A DNA stretch of 64,000 nt. Origin: Marsupella aquatica (taxonomy: Eukaryota; Plantae; Marchantiophyta). Shown one piece after another: positions 28,201 through 39,762 of the stretch. The DNA is taken from assembly GCA_973895155.1 (NCBI GenBank), contig OZ316897.1:1266515-1330514 (forward strand), written 5' to 3'. The position numbers were made by a program, and so were the translations under genes. How positions within the stretch are numbered: position 1 is the stretch's first letter; every line of letters begins with the position of its first letter. The notes below the pieces were generated by a model. It saw only the letters and a list, made by a program, of their open reading frames with translations. It made no database searches and was not told the DNA's origin.

Positions 28201-28308
28201 CCAATGCACATTCTCTTGTGCCTCAGGAAATTGTGCCCATACTTCAGGTGGTGGGACAGGCAACTTGCTTTTCCTAGCCTGACTTGAAAATGACCAAGGC
28301 ATGGTCAC
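25268..28308 (-). CDS. Convergent second MULE gene, multi-exon: C2H2-like zinc finger, basic and acidic tracts, uncharacterised C-terminal domain; exon model unresolved
   Basis: Minus-strand ORF fragments 28308-27973 (YVC-x7-C...FLDHMRSLH), 27952-27530, 27500-27174 (Lys-rich), 26842-26400 (acidic), 26171-25923 and 25929-25268, separated by repeat-filled intron-like gaps. Confidence 0.6.
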
Positions 28309-29965
28309 AACACTATAAAATCGTCGAGATCACACTCACTGCAGAATGAGCAACTTGCTGTCATAAATCCAGAACGGTAACACAAACAAAGAGTTTAGAG
28401 TTTAACTTTTATGAAAAATGATGATAACATGGCACAAGTTGCAAGCTCAGTGGGGAACCTTCCGGCCCCGCTTCCGCCACAAAATCTAATCGAGAAGAGC
28501 ATGGGGATGGTTGTCTCAAAGAAACACACCGTCGTCGTCGTTGCAAGGGGCAGTGTTGCGCCAATCTCTGCTTTCCAGCCGCACAATTGTCGAAACCCAA
28601 AAGAGCTAAAGTCTATGGCAAATTGAGGAGTTACTGTCACAAAACCAGAACAGTAACACAAATAGAGAGTTTAGAGTTTAGGTTTATGAAGAACGACGAT
28701 TGCATAGCGCAAGTTGCAAGCTCAAACAGGGGACCTTATGCCCCACGCCACAAAAAGCAAGTCAGCATTGCATAAGAAACATAGACTGACAGACTTTCTC
28801 ATCAAACACAGAGTCTCTGCAGGTGTCTGTCAAGCGTTCCCAAGGAATGATAGCTTGATTAAGAGTCCAAACAAGTGACAATGCGGAGAACTTCCCAGGA
28901 GGTGGGTCCTGAATCACACCCTCTGTCATGTCCATTGCAACTAGGGTAGGTCACATCCAATAACTATGTGGGATTGGTAGAACGATTACACAAACACCAT
29001 TGTTCTAACACATTTTACATGGAAAGAGATGACGGAGGCAATCTGTCCCACGATCAATGCTCCTCAATAGTGATAGGGTCCACACATGCAAAAAGTGCAC
29101 TGCAACGTTGCCAGTAACCTGATGTTGATCTTCTCTTGCTTGGGGTAGAGGCGCCAAGTACAGAACGCTGAACACTACTGAGGTGCTTAGTGAAACAAAT
29201 TAGAACCTAATACGGAAGACATTGTTAACATAATCCGTGGTGAAGAAAAAGTAAAAACATATAATTATGCACAGTGGAAAAACATTGACAATCTTAATTG
29301 AAAAGGCCGAATCGCATTTGATAGTGCGCGTGGGAGATAAGAAACAAGAGCTCAAGACTTTGCAAACTTCGGGCAGAACGCTCGTGCGCGCTAGAAAATG
29401 ATATGACGACAGAACGCACAACACTGCACATCGAGTATTTCCAACAGCGGGACCACAATGATAACAACTGAGAATGAGAACATGTGACAAAAACAGAGGG
29501 GGACTGGAGGCTGGGTAAGCGTGTCCCGCGCCCTAAAGGCCGTGAAATTTGAAATGGACGGAAATTTTCCGTCCGTCGCCGATCGGGGCTAATACGTTTC
29601 AAGTGCGCCAGAACGGTGATTGACGGATGCGCGGGCTTGCGGGCAGCAGCATTGGGATTAGTGACGGGCATGGTACGGGGCCCCAAGAAGGCTTGGGAGC
29701 CTTAATGCGGTGTTGATTTAACCCGGTGTGTGCCGTGGCCAGCAGGAAGACACGCTGCTTTGTAGTTCAATCTACTTTGATCAGCCCACCTGCTCTGATC
29801 GAAAGCGCGGTAAGTGACTGTTCAAACCAGGTACGTCTTGCTACAAAAGCTCCCTTCTAAGATCGAACAGATCACTCAGCTGGAATGGAGTATTTAGTTC
29901 AGACTTCAGCTGAATTTCACCAAAGCATCCCTCCACTTCTCGTCTGGAATTGAGTATTTAGCTCA

Positions 29966-29989
29966 AGAGAGAGAGAGAGAGAGAGAGAG
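29966..29989 (+). repeat. (AG)12 microsatellite upstream of the PPO start
   Basis: Directly visible. Confidence 0.95.
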
Positions 29990-30253
29990 CACTGACTATT
30001 CGGACAACCATTCGAGAGAACGATTCACCAATCTGAAGATCACGCAGTCACCGAGGGTTCGGACAGAGACCAACCATTCAAGCTCTAGAGGATCGATCAA
30101 GCATAACTTCACAACCAGCGATTATGTACATGTCAAGTGCTCAATATCCGTGATCTGAGTAAGTGTAGAGGTTGTTTCTTGAGAGGCGGTAGTCAATTGG
30201 AAGCGTCTAGGAACGAAAACAGCAATCGAGGTTTGTTTTGGAGGGGCTGAACG

Positions 30254-32618
30254 ATGGAGGTGAAACTCCTTTGGACCATGATATGGTCTGCTATGGTCAT
30301 ATCATTAGTTGTTCCAGCTGCTGTCAACTCCGCCCCGCTCACGATCGACTTCAACGTGTGCGTACCTGCACAATACTTACTTAATCCGCGGAATCTCACG
30401 GGTCCACAGGAAACTAGCTATTGTTGCCCTCTGAAGCCAACTAAGCCAGTCATAAACGGGCCTCCTCCTCTTTTGACGGATATCATCAGAGTTAGAAAAG
30501 CTTCGCAATGCACGGATGCTGTCTACGCTGCGAAGATCGAGAAGGCGTATTCACTGATGAAAGCGCTGCCAGACGATGACCCACGGTCGTTCAAGCAGCA
30601 GTGGTCCATTCACTGCGCCTATTGCGGGGGTTCCTTCCTCACCACCAACAGCACCGGAGGTAAAGAAGGAATCGACATCCACTTGAGCTGGCTCTTCTAT
30701 CCGTGGCATAGGTATGCACACGTCAGGTCTCTAGCACAGGACCAACGCAGTTCCAAATTATGCAACGCAGTAGATGTTGCGGTCGGAGCTAGTGTCGAAT
30801 GCCTCGATGAAGCTGCATGTCAGGTGGTAAAATCTCCCATGATAGGTGAACAAGCTAGTGTTCAATGCCTCAATGAAGCTGTCGATCAGAAGGGGCCTCA
30901 ATTCCACGAGTCTAAAATTTCTAACAATCTTTAGGGGCCGGGATTGCTGAATTACTTTAACGGAGTGGATGATCGGGCGGGCTAATCTTCACCAGTCGCT
31001 GCCAAGTTCTCTTTTTGCCTTAGCTTGAGCTAGAGCAGTTTTCAGCGTCAGATCGATGGACTTAACGGAATTGATGACTGAATGGAATGCAGGTGGTACT
31101 TGTACTTTCACGAAAGAATCCTCCAGTCTCTTCTTGAGGACCCAACTTTCAGTCTCAATTACTGGAACTGGGACAACCCATACAGCGTGGGCGATGGCTC
31201 GTCTAAGGATGGAGCGTGTCTGAAGCAGGGACATGACTTCCCCGCGGTCTTCAGTAACCCTTTGGAATCTACATACAATTCCAACCGGTCCGATAATGCG
31301 AAGGGAAAGGGCCGCTTGCACTTCCCAGGTGGGTTGGGTAACTGTGATTAGGGGTATAGGGGAATCGTGTTCATGAAGAAGCGTTTTTTCAATTATTTTA
31401 TTAAAACACGATTAGAAACTGACTCGTGTATTGGCTTTCTGTTCGCAGACTTCTTCTACGTTCCATTAGTGTCAGAATACCTTCAGCCGAACTTCACCGC
31501 CAGTGAGGAAGCTGTGATTCTAAGTAATATGAATATAATGTACCGAACCTTAGTGAGCGGCGGAACCACTGCAGAAACGTTTATGGGCCGCCCGTATAGA
31601 GCAGGAGAGGTTAAAGGTGTGTACAACAAACATATGGAGATTATTAATGCAGTATCTCGTTCACATTCACTATTCGAAAGGTAGTCTTAACTTTAATTGC
31701 CTAGTAACAGGGATAACGTGGTCGCTCAAGCTGAGAAAACAGATAAGTTTGTTTCGGTTGGGGTCCGACTATTTAGCATCAGTCGACAGAGTCAAAATTC
31801 TTACGCCTTCGGTAATTGTTTTGAATCTGAACAGGATTCCCAGGGCCTGGTGGAGGCTCTGGAACATTGGAATCGAGCGCTCATGCTACGGTTCATTTCT
31901 GGACCGGAGGAGACCTACCTACGATGGACGACATGGGACAGCTAGGACATGCTGCCCGTGATCCAGTATTTTTCGCTCACCACTCCAACATCGATCGCTT
32001 GTGGCAGGTAAATGAGAGTCCGAATGAACCTTTCTTTGTCCAGGAAAATATCGTTAGTCCAGTCATTCAAGCGCAGCTCAAAAATTTTACGGGAGCTACA
32101 TAATTGTACTTAAGACAACTTATTTCACTATCGTAGGTGTGAAATTGTTTCATCAGCACTGCAGATACATGTCACGGAAACTGATCCAGTTCTAAATGTT
32201 GATCGCTTTTCTCTGGTTGTTGATGAGATAGGTCTGGAAAGATATCGGACCAATTTTTGGTCAAAAGCGTGAGTACTATTCGGACCCTGATTTCCTAAAT
32301 GCGGAGTTCCTCTTCTACGACGAGAACAAGGATCTCAGAAGAGTGAAGGTAGAAGATGCGTTAGATACAACGAAACTGGGATATGTGTATCAGGGAGCTT
32401 CCAAGTGCGCTGAATATGGTGGGAGATTCACGAACATGGCTCAAAGTCAAAGCGTGTCTACAAAATCGTTGGTCTGGAAGCAGAGTATCACCAGAACTTT
32501 AGTCGACATTCAAGCTCCAAGTGCCCCTTCTAAAGTTGTGATTACTCTGATTCCCTTTTCCCAGTCGGGCGGCTACGAAACCATCAAGTTTAAGTGCATA
32601 ACAGTCAACACTAGTTGA
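30254..32618 (+). CDS. PPO: Polyphenol oxidase (type-3 copper) with secretory signal peptide, 5 exons (30254-30711, 31093-31328, 31449-31616, 31835-32007, 32232-32618), ~473 aa, no recognisable KFDV C-terminal domain
   Basis: CuA HCAYC...HLSWLFYPWHRWYLYFHERIL. CuB ESSAHATVH...RDPVFFAHHSNIDRLW. DWL domain DPDFLNAEFLFYDEN...KLGYVY. All four introns are GT-AG and phase-compatible (1422 nt total). Confidence 0.93.
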
Positions 32619-32619
32619 C

Positions 32620-34265
32620 ACTCGACCAGTTTCCATAGTTATGGACCTGAAGAGGGTGAAGAAATTATCATTCAAACATAATATCATATTAATCTCCACG
32701 AAGGGGAGGAATCTCCACGAAGGGGAGGAATAAATACAGATCAGATACGGGGATAACCCGAGAAGGAAGGACCAAGTGAGTAATGTCCACGAAGGGGAGG
32801 AATAAATACACATCACATAAGGGGATAACCCGAGAAGGAAGGACAAGTGAGCTACATGACTCCATACGAGTCACACATAAAGTACACATATGAGATAAGA
32901 GCGCTAAGCTATATTAGCGGGGCTAATAAATCAGCCAGTTGGTCCTCCCTAAGTTAAGGCAAGGATGATAGCGAGACAAGGGGAAATAATAATGGATCAC
33001 ATAGGTCCAAGAGCCGTCACCTTGAATGTGAACCGGGATTCCCAACACCCCCTCTTGACCTTGGCTATGGCTGCCGTAGGATTGAGAGGTCGAGAGAGAC
33101 ATGCTGGATTTCTGTACAGAGAATTTCTGTACAGATATTTATTCTGTATCAGCCAGTCCGAAAAAATATGACAGTATTTTGTGTTGTGACCAGAGAAGCC
33201 TAGGCAGTAGACAGCATCACCGGAATGGCGTCAAAACCACTATGAATCACTGAGAGAGTCACTCACTTATCTTTTTCTTGCTTTGTTGGGGATAGTTTCC
33301 TCATTGATGTGTTGCTTGCATGGATTCCTGGTGAGCATTACTTCGGTACCAGATGAATTGCCGTTGCCAAGGAGCACCCCAGGAGACGATGTAGTTGTTG
33401 ATGATCAGACTGCATCGAGTTCATCAACAAAACAAATAGCAACTGTTGAAGCTGTTGAGAGGGAATGAGTCGGTGCTGTTTTTCCTTTCGCCGAGCCTCT
33501 GAGAAGATATTATGCCGTAGTGAGAGGTCGCCGTATAGGAATTTCCTCGTCATGGGAAGAAGTGGAGCCTCTAGTAAGTGGATTCTGGGGGAATATATAG
33601 GTTCAAGTCTTTTAAGACTCGTAGAGAGGCAACATTGTACATGGCCCATGAACTAGCTAGGCTTTGTAACTAGTTGTGAGTCATCTATACATGTATATAA
33701 GCAACAGGAATTTGAGACTATATCTCCGCTATCTACTCTTGTTGTTTGTCACACTACTCATGAGATTTCAGCTCTTGTGCACGAGTCCTAATTTAGTTTG
33801 ACTGATCTCATTCCTATTGCATGTCAACGAGCTTCAAACTTAGTTCTAGCTAGGTATTAATACTTTTGTAAGAATGTCAGTGGATTGTTCCTCAGATGAA
33901 ATATACTTCATTGAGATTTCATCGTCAAGAATTCTTTCTCATTTAAAGTGATGATGAATTTCTAAATGCTTAGTACGAGAGTGAAAACAGGATTCTTTGC
34001 AAGTTTGATGGCACTTAAGTATTACGTTGTGGTAGTGTATGTGTAAGTCTTGAAGCGTAAGAGTTGATGCAGTCAGAAGTCAAGTCGTCCTGAATGTGTG
34101 AGTCTGAGCAATGGACTAGAGCCGTTGAAATACTGTTGGATTGAAATTCCTCAATAAGTCTCTTTAAGTATACCCCATCTTGAGCGCAGTTTAACAAGGC
34201 CTTGTACTTGGCCTCTGTTGAAGAGCGTAAAACTATTGGCTAGTGCTTAGAGCTCCAGGTAATGG
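32620..34265 (-). mobile_element. Degenerate Ty1/Copia 3' remnant (RNase H fragment, PPT, 3' LTR)
   Basis: Minus strand ITWSSKH*PIVLRSSTEAKYKAL (~34265-34195) matches the Copia RNase H WxSKxQ..VA.SSTEAEY motif. PPT AAGAGGGGG followed by TG at 33047. Far end of the LTR not located. Confidence 0.65.
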
Positions 34266-34431
34266 GTGTCGTGCTAGAGTGCATCAATGTACCAGCTGTG
34301 TCGTAATTGTAAACCTGTCTGGTGAATGCACTTACTATCTTATCAGTTGCCTACTTGCAAGATTGTGAGTCCGGAGTTAGAGAATGTATGGTACGCTTTA
34401 CTAATGGATAAAAAACCGTAGAGCAACAACG

Positions 34432-35068
34432 CTCGGGGGGTTAACTACATGTATGTTTTGGGATACCACGTGCGATCCTAGCCTAATATAAATAGACCTA
34501 TTTTATAAAGAAAATATTCCAAGAATATTCTCTATTTTCAATATTAATAAACTATTTTACTTTATAAAGGGTATATATTAAAGAATATTCTATAAACATG
34601 AGTTTATAATACCTTCTTTTGCCTCATACGCTTTTTAAAATTTAGTTAAAATCTGCCAAAAATACCTATTTTGGATCGCACGGTCAATTGCAAGATTGAG
34701 GGGAGCAAAAGGATGAAAAAAGGATTAGCTCAAAAAGGAGAGAAAAAGGACTCAAAGATCATAAAGATTTAGTTGAACACCACTTCCATAAAGGTTTGAC
34801 ACACTTCCAAAATTGTTGTACACATTTCCAAGAAGATTGGGACTTCCTAAAAGCCTGGACACACTTCCAAAGACTTGGCATGCAAGATCTCACCATCCAA
34901 TCTCAACAAACTAATCCTAGCCATTTGGTGTAACAAAGTGTCCACCCCTTGTAAATTGGGAAGGACTAGAATCATTTTGGTGGAGAAATTGGATATCCTT
35001 TTTGCCCCCCTCAAGCTTGCAATTGACCGCACGTGGTTCCTAAGATTTTTGATAGTCAACCCCCCGAG
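34432..35068. mobile_element. MITE family A copy 1 (TIR CTCGGGGGGTT, 8-bp TSD), interrupted by a nested element
   Basis: TSD CAACAACG / CAAGAACG. Body matches the copies at 52855 and 55734. Confidence 0.9.
34682..35028. mobile_element. 347-bp non-autonomous TIR element nested in MITE A copy 1
   Basis: TIR GGTCAATTGCAAG.TTGAGGGG. Empty site ATCGCACGTGG is seen in the 52855 copy. TSD is GCAC (or CA if the TIR is extended by 1 bp). Confidence 0.88.
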
Positions 35069-36624
35069 CAAGAACGTAGATGCTACCCAACGATAAAAAA
35101 ATGATTGCCATCTATGTAACTGACAAAAATTCTAAGTAATTGTCACCTCTGCATGAACAATGAGCTCTGCCTACCGAGAAATGAAGAATGAGTAATCGGA
35201 TTCATGACTTCAGAACTTAAGTGAATGGAGCAAGACCAGAAGGTATACCCCTTGGACCACAGGGGCTGGGAGGCCCTTCTGGATAGGAAAATCCGAGCGA
35301 GTTCTCCTAGCCATAGAAATTAAAGGATCCCACTAAAGATAAATTTGTGGAGTGCAATTGATGAAGATGATCAGAAACCATGCTACCTAGGTACCTATCC
35401 AACCTATCTAGTATCATTGTCTCCTAGGTGGCGGCGCGCCGGGTTGAGTCCCGAGCCGTCAACCTAGCGCCAAATGCTCACTAATCGCTAAGTCTAAGGT
35501 TTGATAGTGCCCTAACATAATCATGAGCAATGCAGCTAACTAGGGTAGCTGCCCAAACCCGAGTACAGGGGTTAAGCGCAGACAAGGGTTTGCATGACAG
35601 CTGTCATGCTAGAGTGCATCGATATACCAATTGTGTTGTAACTGTAAACTTGTCTAGTGAATGCACTTACTATCTTATCAACCACCTACTTGCACGCAAA
35701 AATAGAAAAAGAAAAGCATCATATCTACTCCCCCTCATTTGGCATGAAATCTCAATTGGTTCATAATTGCTTGTCCTACCCTTCACTCCCTTCTTAGTTA
35801 TATTGCGTTGCTGGTTCTTGGTTGCATCATCCAGTTCTTGGGAAGATTGAACTGAATTAGACATACTTGACAAGCGTAGGCTATCCAGGAATTTTTGCTC
35901 CCAAGTGATTGCGTTGACGACCTTGAATTGTGACACAATTTTGTCGATGCTCTATACAATTGTATTGAGAGTCTATTGTTTTTACTCGATCAAATCCCCA
36001 TCCAACAGTGGTTCTTGAACTTGAAAATTTTGAATCCTTTGTTGTTTCTTCAAGCTAATTAAGCTCAAAGGCCTCGACTAACTTAGACAAGTGGACTATG
36101 GACTATGACACTGTCGACTGCCGAGCAACTTCAACCGTAACTTGGACTGAGTTGACATGGTACTCCCCTGCCCCTCGCCCCCCTGCCCCCCATGGAGTAA
36201 CTGGCCCGCGCCCCCACCCCTCCCCCCTCCTCGTGCATTTCAAATACCAAGAAGGCCTGAGTATTTCAAATACCAAGAAAGTACCAATAGACAACAATAC
36301 CATGCTACGCTCCCCAGGCATTTGAAACGCCAAGAAAGTACTGACCTGGCTACCAATACCATGATAACTTAGAGGACAAGAATAAATAAGACTTCCTTTA
36401 GTCAAAGGTGATCCATTTGTACAACCATATGATTTCCCTCTCATCTTGGCCACACAATCTTAAATTATACATCTCCACCATATATTTCATGGACCTTTGT
36501 GGTCCTTCTTTGTATTATTTAGTACCTTTCAAAAAGTATTGATGGTATAACATAGTTGGGAGCAAATAATTTATTGGTCTATCTTGCTTTGAACCTATCG
36601 GAAGTCTCTGTGATTCCAGATTCC

Positions 36625-36940
36625 TAGGCCACAAGCCATGCGCTATGGGTGCCTACCCACACAAACAAGATGAGTCAGCCATAGGCCGTGGGCTGTGGGT
36701 GCCTACCCACAGAAACAAGATGAATCGGCCATAGGCCGTGGGCTGTGGGTGCCTACTCACACTGTAAACAAGATGAGTCGGCCACAGGCCATGGGTTGTG
36801 GATGCCAACCCACACAACCAACATGAGTCGGCCACAGGCTGTGGGCTGTGGGTGCCAACCCACACAAGATGAGTCGGCCACAGGCCCTTGGTGCCTACCC
36901 ACACAAACAAGATGAGTCGGCCACAGGCCGTGGGCTATGA
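36625..36940. repeat. ~50-bp tandem repeat, ~6 copies
   Basis: GCCTACCCAC-type anchor at 36651, 36701, 36751, ~36804, ~36854 and ~36893. Confidence 0.9.
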
Positions 36941-37898
36941 GTGACTGAAAAGGCAGAAATTTAGCAAGTTTTAGATTAGTGGATTTTTAAGTTAATTACG
37001 GAGTTATGGTTAATCAAAGATTAAGTCATTAGGACAACTACTATTTAAACCTTGTAAAACCGACGAGAGCTTCATTTTGTATAGTAGAAGCTCAATTTTG
37101 TACAAACAATAGTTCTCTAGAGATGGATCAGTCTAGAGTCATCGGTTGCTGGAAGTAACTATTGCAGCCATTTGGGGCATGCACGACAACGACCTAGTTT
37201 ATGAGGGATGTGATATCCCACTAGAAGATGGAAAGCTTTGTGCTTTAGGGCCAAGTGCTCGCGGAGCTAGATTGAGTAGATAGGAACAAAATGTAGGGTT
37301 CACAGGGAAAATCTGACGCCTTCCCAGGTGGGTTTTACGATATATCCCAAATATACTAGGGTTGGTACCAAGGTTGATCAGGGTGCAAGCACCAACCTAC
37401 AACGGAGTGGGGAAACTCAAGTTCCCAGACCTCCGATGTCGCGGTTTACCTAGGTAGGACTGGAGTGGAGCTATGGAACTCCAAATTCCCCCGGTTTGTT
37501 GAAACATGTAGTAGTACTTTGCCTAATCCAAACCTGCAATGCTTGGCATACTATCAAAATTTTCTAGATTCTCTCTAGGTTGAGGCGTCAGCGTCCATCT
37601 TGTCTGGGTAATCCCTTCTTCCTCAACACTAGAACAGGGGACTTGGTAGGATACACGTAGTGCGCCCAAGTCCAACCGCTAGTAACTCACATTGACCCCT
37701 CTGTTTCGCGACATGGAGATAACAAAATGAACAACCCACTCAGAAGCAGAGTTACCAATTAAATTGAGTGGCATTTAAGAAGGACCATGTACATGCTAAA
37801 TCACGGGCATGATAAAATCCATTATCGCCATCGTGTGGTCCGACCTCAGAGCGTGGAATCGTAAAAGGGATCCGTGATGGAATTTTTATATAATAATT

Positions 37899-38885
37899 TC
37901 ACTTCTGGCTACATTGTTTCCCGCGAATGCAGGTCTTCAGCTCATTCAATCTTTTCACAAACTTGGCTCTATCAGATGCAGGGCAATTCTTAAAAAGGTA
38001 TGGATTCTTCGAGGGTTGCACTCGGTTCTTTCCCCACCAATAACTATTCAAACATTCTAAAGTATCTTGAGCGCAGTGCAGCGAGCTTACGTTTTGTTCT
38101 ACATAATCATAGACAATATCAGACGACTCTATCCATCCCTTCAAGAAAGGCAGCAAGTCCTCTTTTAAAACCTGATTCATCCCCATTTGTAAGTCGACGT
38201 CCCACGGATAAAAAGAGACGGACTGGTGCGGATGGTTGATAGACATGTTGGGCGGAGAATCATCGACAAATAAGATGTCACCAGCATCATAGTCCCACCT
38301 AGTGTTGCATAGAATTTCATAAATTGGCTTGCAGTACAAAAATCCTCGGCGCTCAACGCGAGATGGCACCGCAAGACAATTCTCCTATGAGAACAAAAAT
38401 GTGAACTGCAAACATTGAATGAAGTCCAGTAAGGATCATCGTTAGTATCCATTTCACTGGTGGATGGAACCTTTGAGAAGGAGCTTAATATCACACATGG
38501 AGCATTTATCAAAGCTATGTTTCATTGAGGCTAATAATTTCATTACTTAGGTAGGAGCACAATTATCTCATTTGCATTTGAGAAAAGTTTCATCTCAATG
38601 CAACCTTGTAGCACTGCGTCCATGTTCGCTTTGATTTCAGCTTGTCCATATTGCAACATCACAATTTTTTTGAATCAATTCCCTCACCATGTACCATGCA
38701 CCCGGTCTCAATTTAACTCTTTTCCAAGAGGGTTTAGGCATTTTAAAGTCCCACCACTGTCCATATTTCCTGAACTCCCTATCTTCAGCAATTGCACACA
38801 ATAACCCATTAAGGTCGAGGATTACGAGTCGACATCGATAGTGCATCATGAGTGCCATCCGCGGCCGAGGCGGACGTGACTGCAT
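37899..38885 (-). pseudogene. FCP1/NIF-like HAD phosphatase homologue (DLN variant), frameshifted
   Basis: LVILDLNGLL, KLRPG, DVAIWTS, then a frameshift near 38640. Second exon has YCKP and ILFVDDSP. Confidence 0.8.
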
Positions 38886-39431
38886 GCCTTCTACTTCCTC
38901 AACTGCTCGTCGGACTTCACAAAGTTTTTCTAGTTCACTGTTGAATGTGCAATTGCAAGAACTCCTCCTCTTGCTGTTTGCACCATTCTACTGTGGCGTT
39001 TGAACTAAGTATCTTCCTGTCATTGCTTTCAAGTGTCGCTTGCAACTCTGCAGCCTTTTATCTGCCACAACTCGGAAATTGTGCAATTCATCTTGCAATC
39101 ATCGCTTATCCGCGACAAAACGCGACTTCTCTTTACTTGTTTCTTGCTGCCACAAGAAAGCCTGGTCTCTATAAAGCCTAGCATCTGACTCTGTGGGAGG
39201 CATTCGCCTCAATTCTAATTTCTTTTGCAACATTGTTTCTTCTCACTGTGCAAGACGTCCCTATGTTATTGTAGGTCCATTATAAGACTTTGCATCGCCT
39301 CATATGCACCGTGCATTCTCATACAAGCATCTAACCTGCAATCTGAGTATACTCGCCTGTAATTCTCATAAGATGCAATTATCAACCTATTCATTAAAAG
39401 TGTATTTTCTTTTGTTCACAAATGAGTCTTG

Positions 39432-39510
39432 AAATGTACACTTTCATGTCCCCAAATGTACACTTCAAGACACCCAAATGTACACTTTTGTGTCTCTAAA
39501 TGTACACTTT
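39432..39510 (+). repeat. Left subterminal repeats AAATGTACACTT, 4 copies, 22-bp period
   Basis: Copies at 39432, 39454, 39476 and 39498. Confidence 0.9.
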
Positions 39511-39762
39511 ATAGGCCAAATCACATTAATATTATATTAATAAATAATACATATTATATTATTTAATAACTCACATAGAAATGGAGGATAAAAATTTATA
39601 AAGTTATTTCATCCCCATTTAAGGACCAGATATTCTATGAACAAAATAACATCATTCCAAATAGATTATAAAATATCTTTATACAATTATCTGCAAATTT
39701 ACATTGAATACGAACATGTTTCTAGTACTATCCAAGGGGCTTAACACAAGTCAATTAAATAT

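Larger units (their letters stand above)
20069..29729. mobile_element. Mutator-like element (MULE), 9661 bp, ~900-bp TIRs, 9-bp TSD
   Basis: Perfect TSD GTGCCGTGG at 20060-20068 and 29730-29738. TIRs 20069-~20967 and ~28825-29729 begin ACACCGGGTTAAATCAACACCGC. MULE transposase inside. Confidence 0.96.

Noticed and set aside
20112-29686. Paired 130-aa ORFs at 20112+ and 29686-
   Set aside because: They are simply the two MULE TIRs; TTG start and no recognisable domain.
34267-35695. ~95-bp diverged direct repeats (~34267 and ~35602) as LTRs
   Set aside because: No TG..CA termini, PBS or TSD; more likely a duplicated fragment of the Copia remnant.
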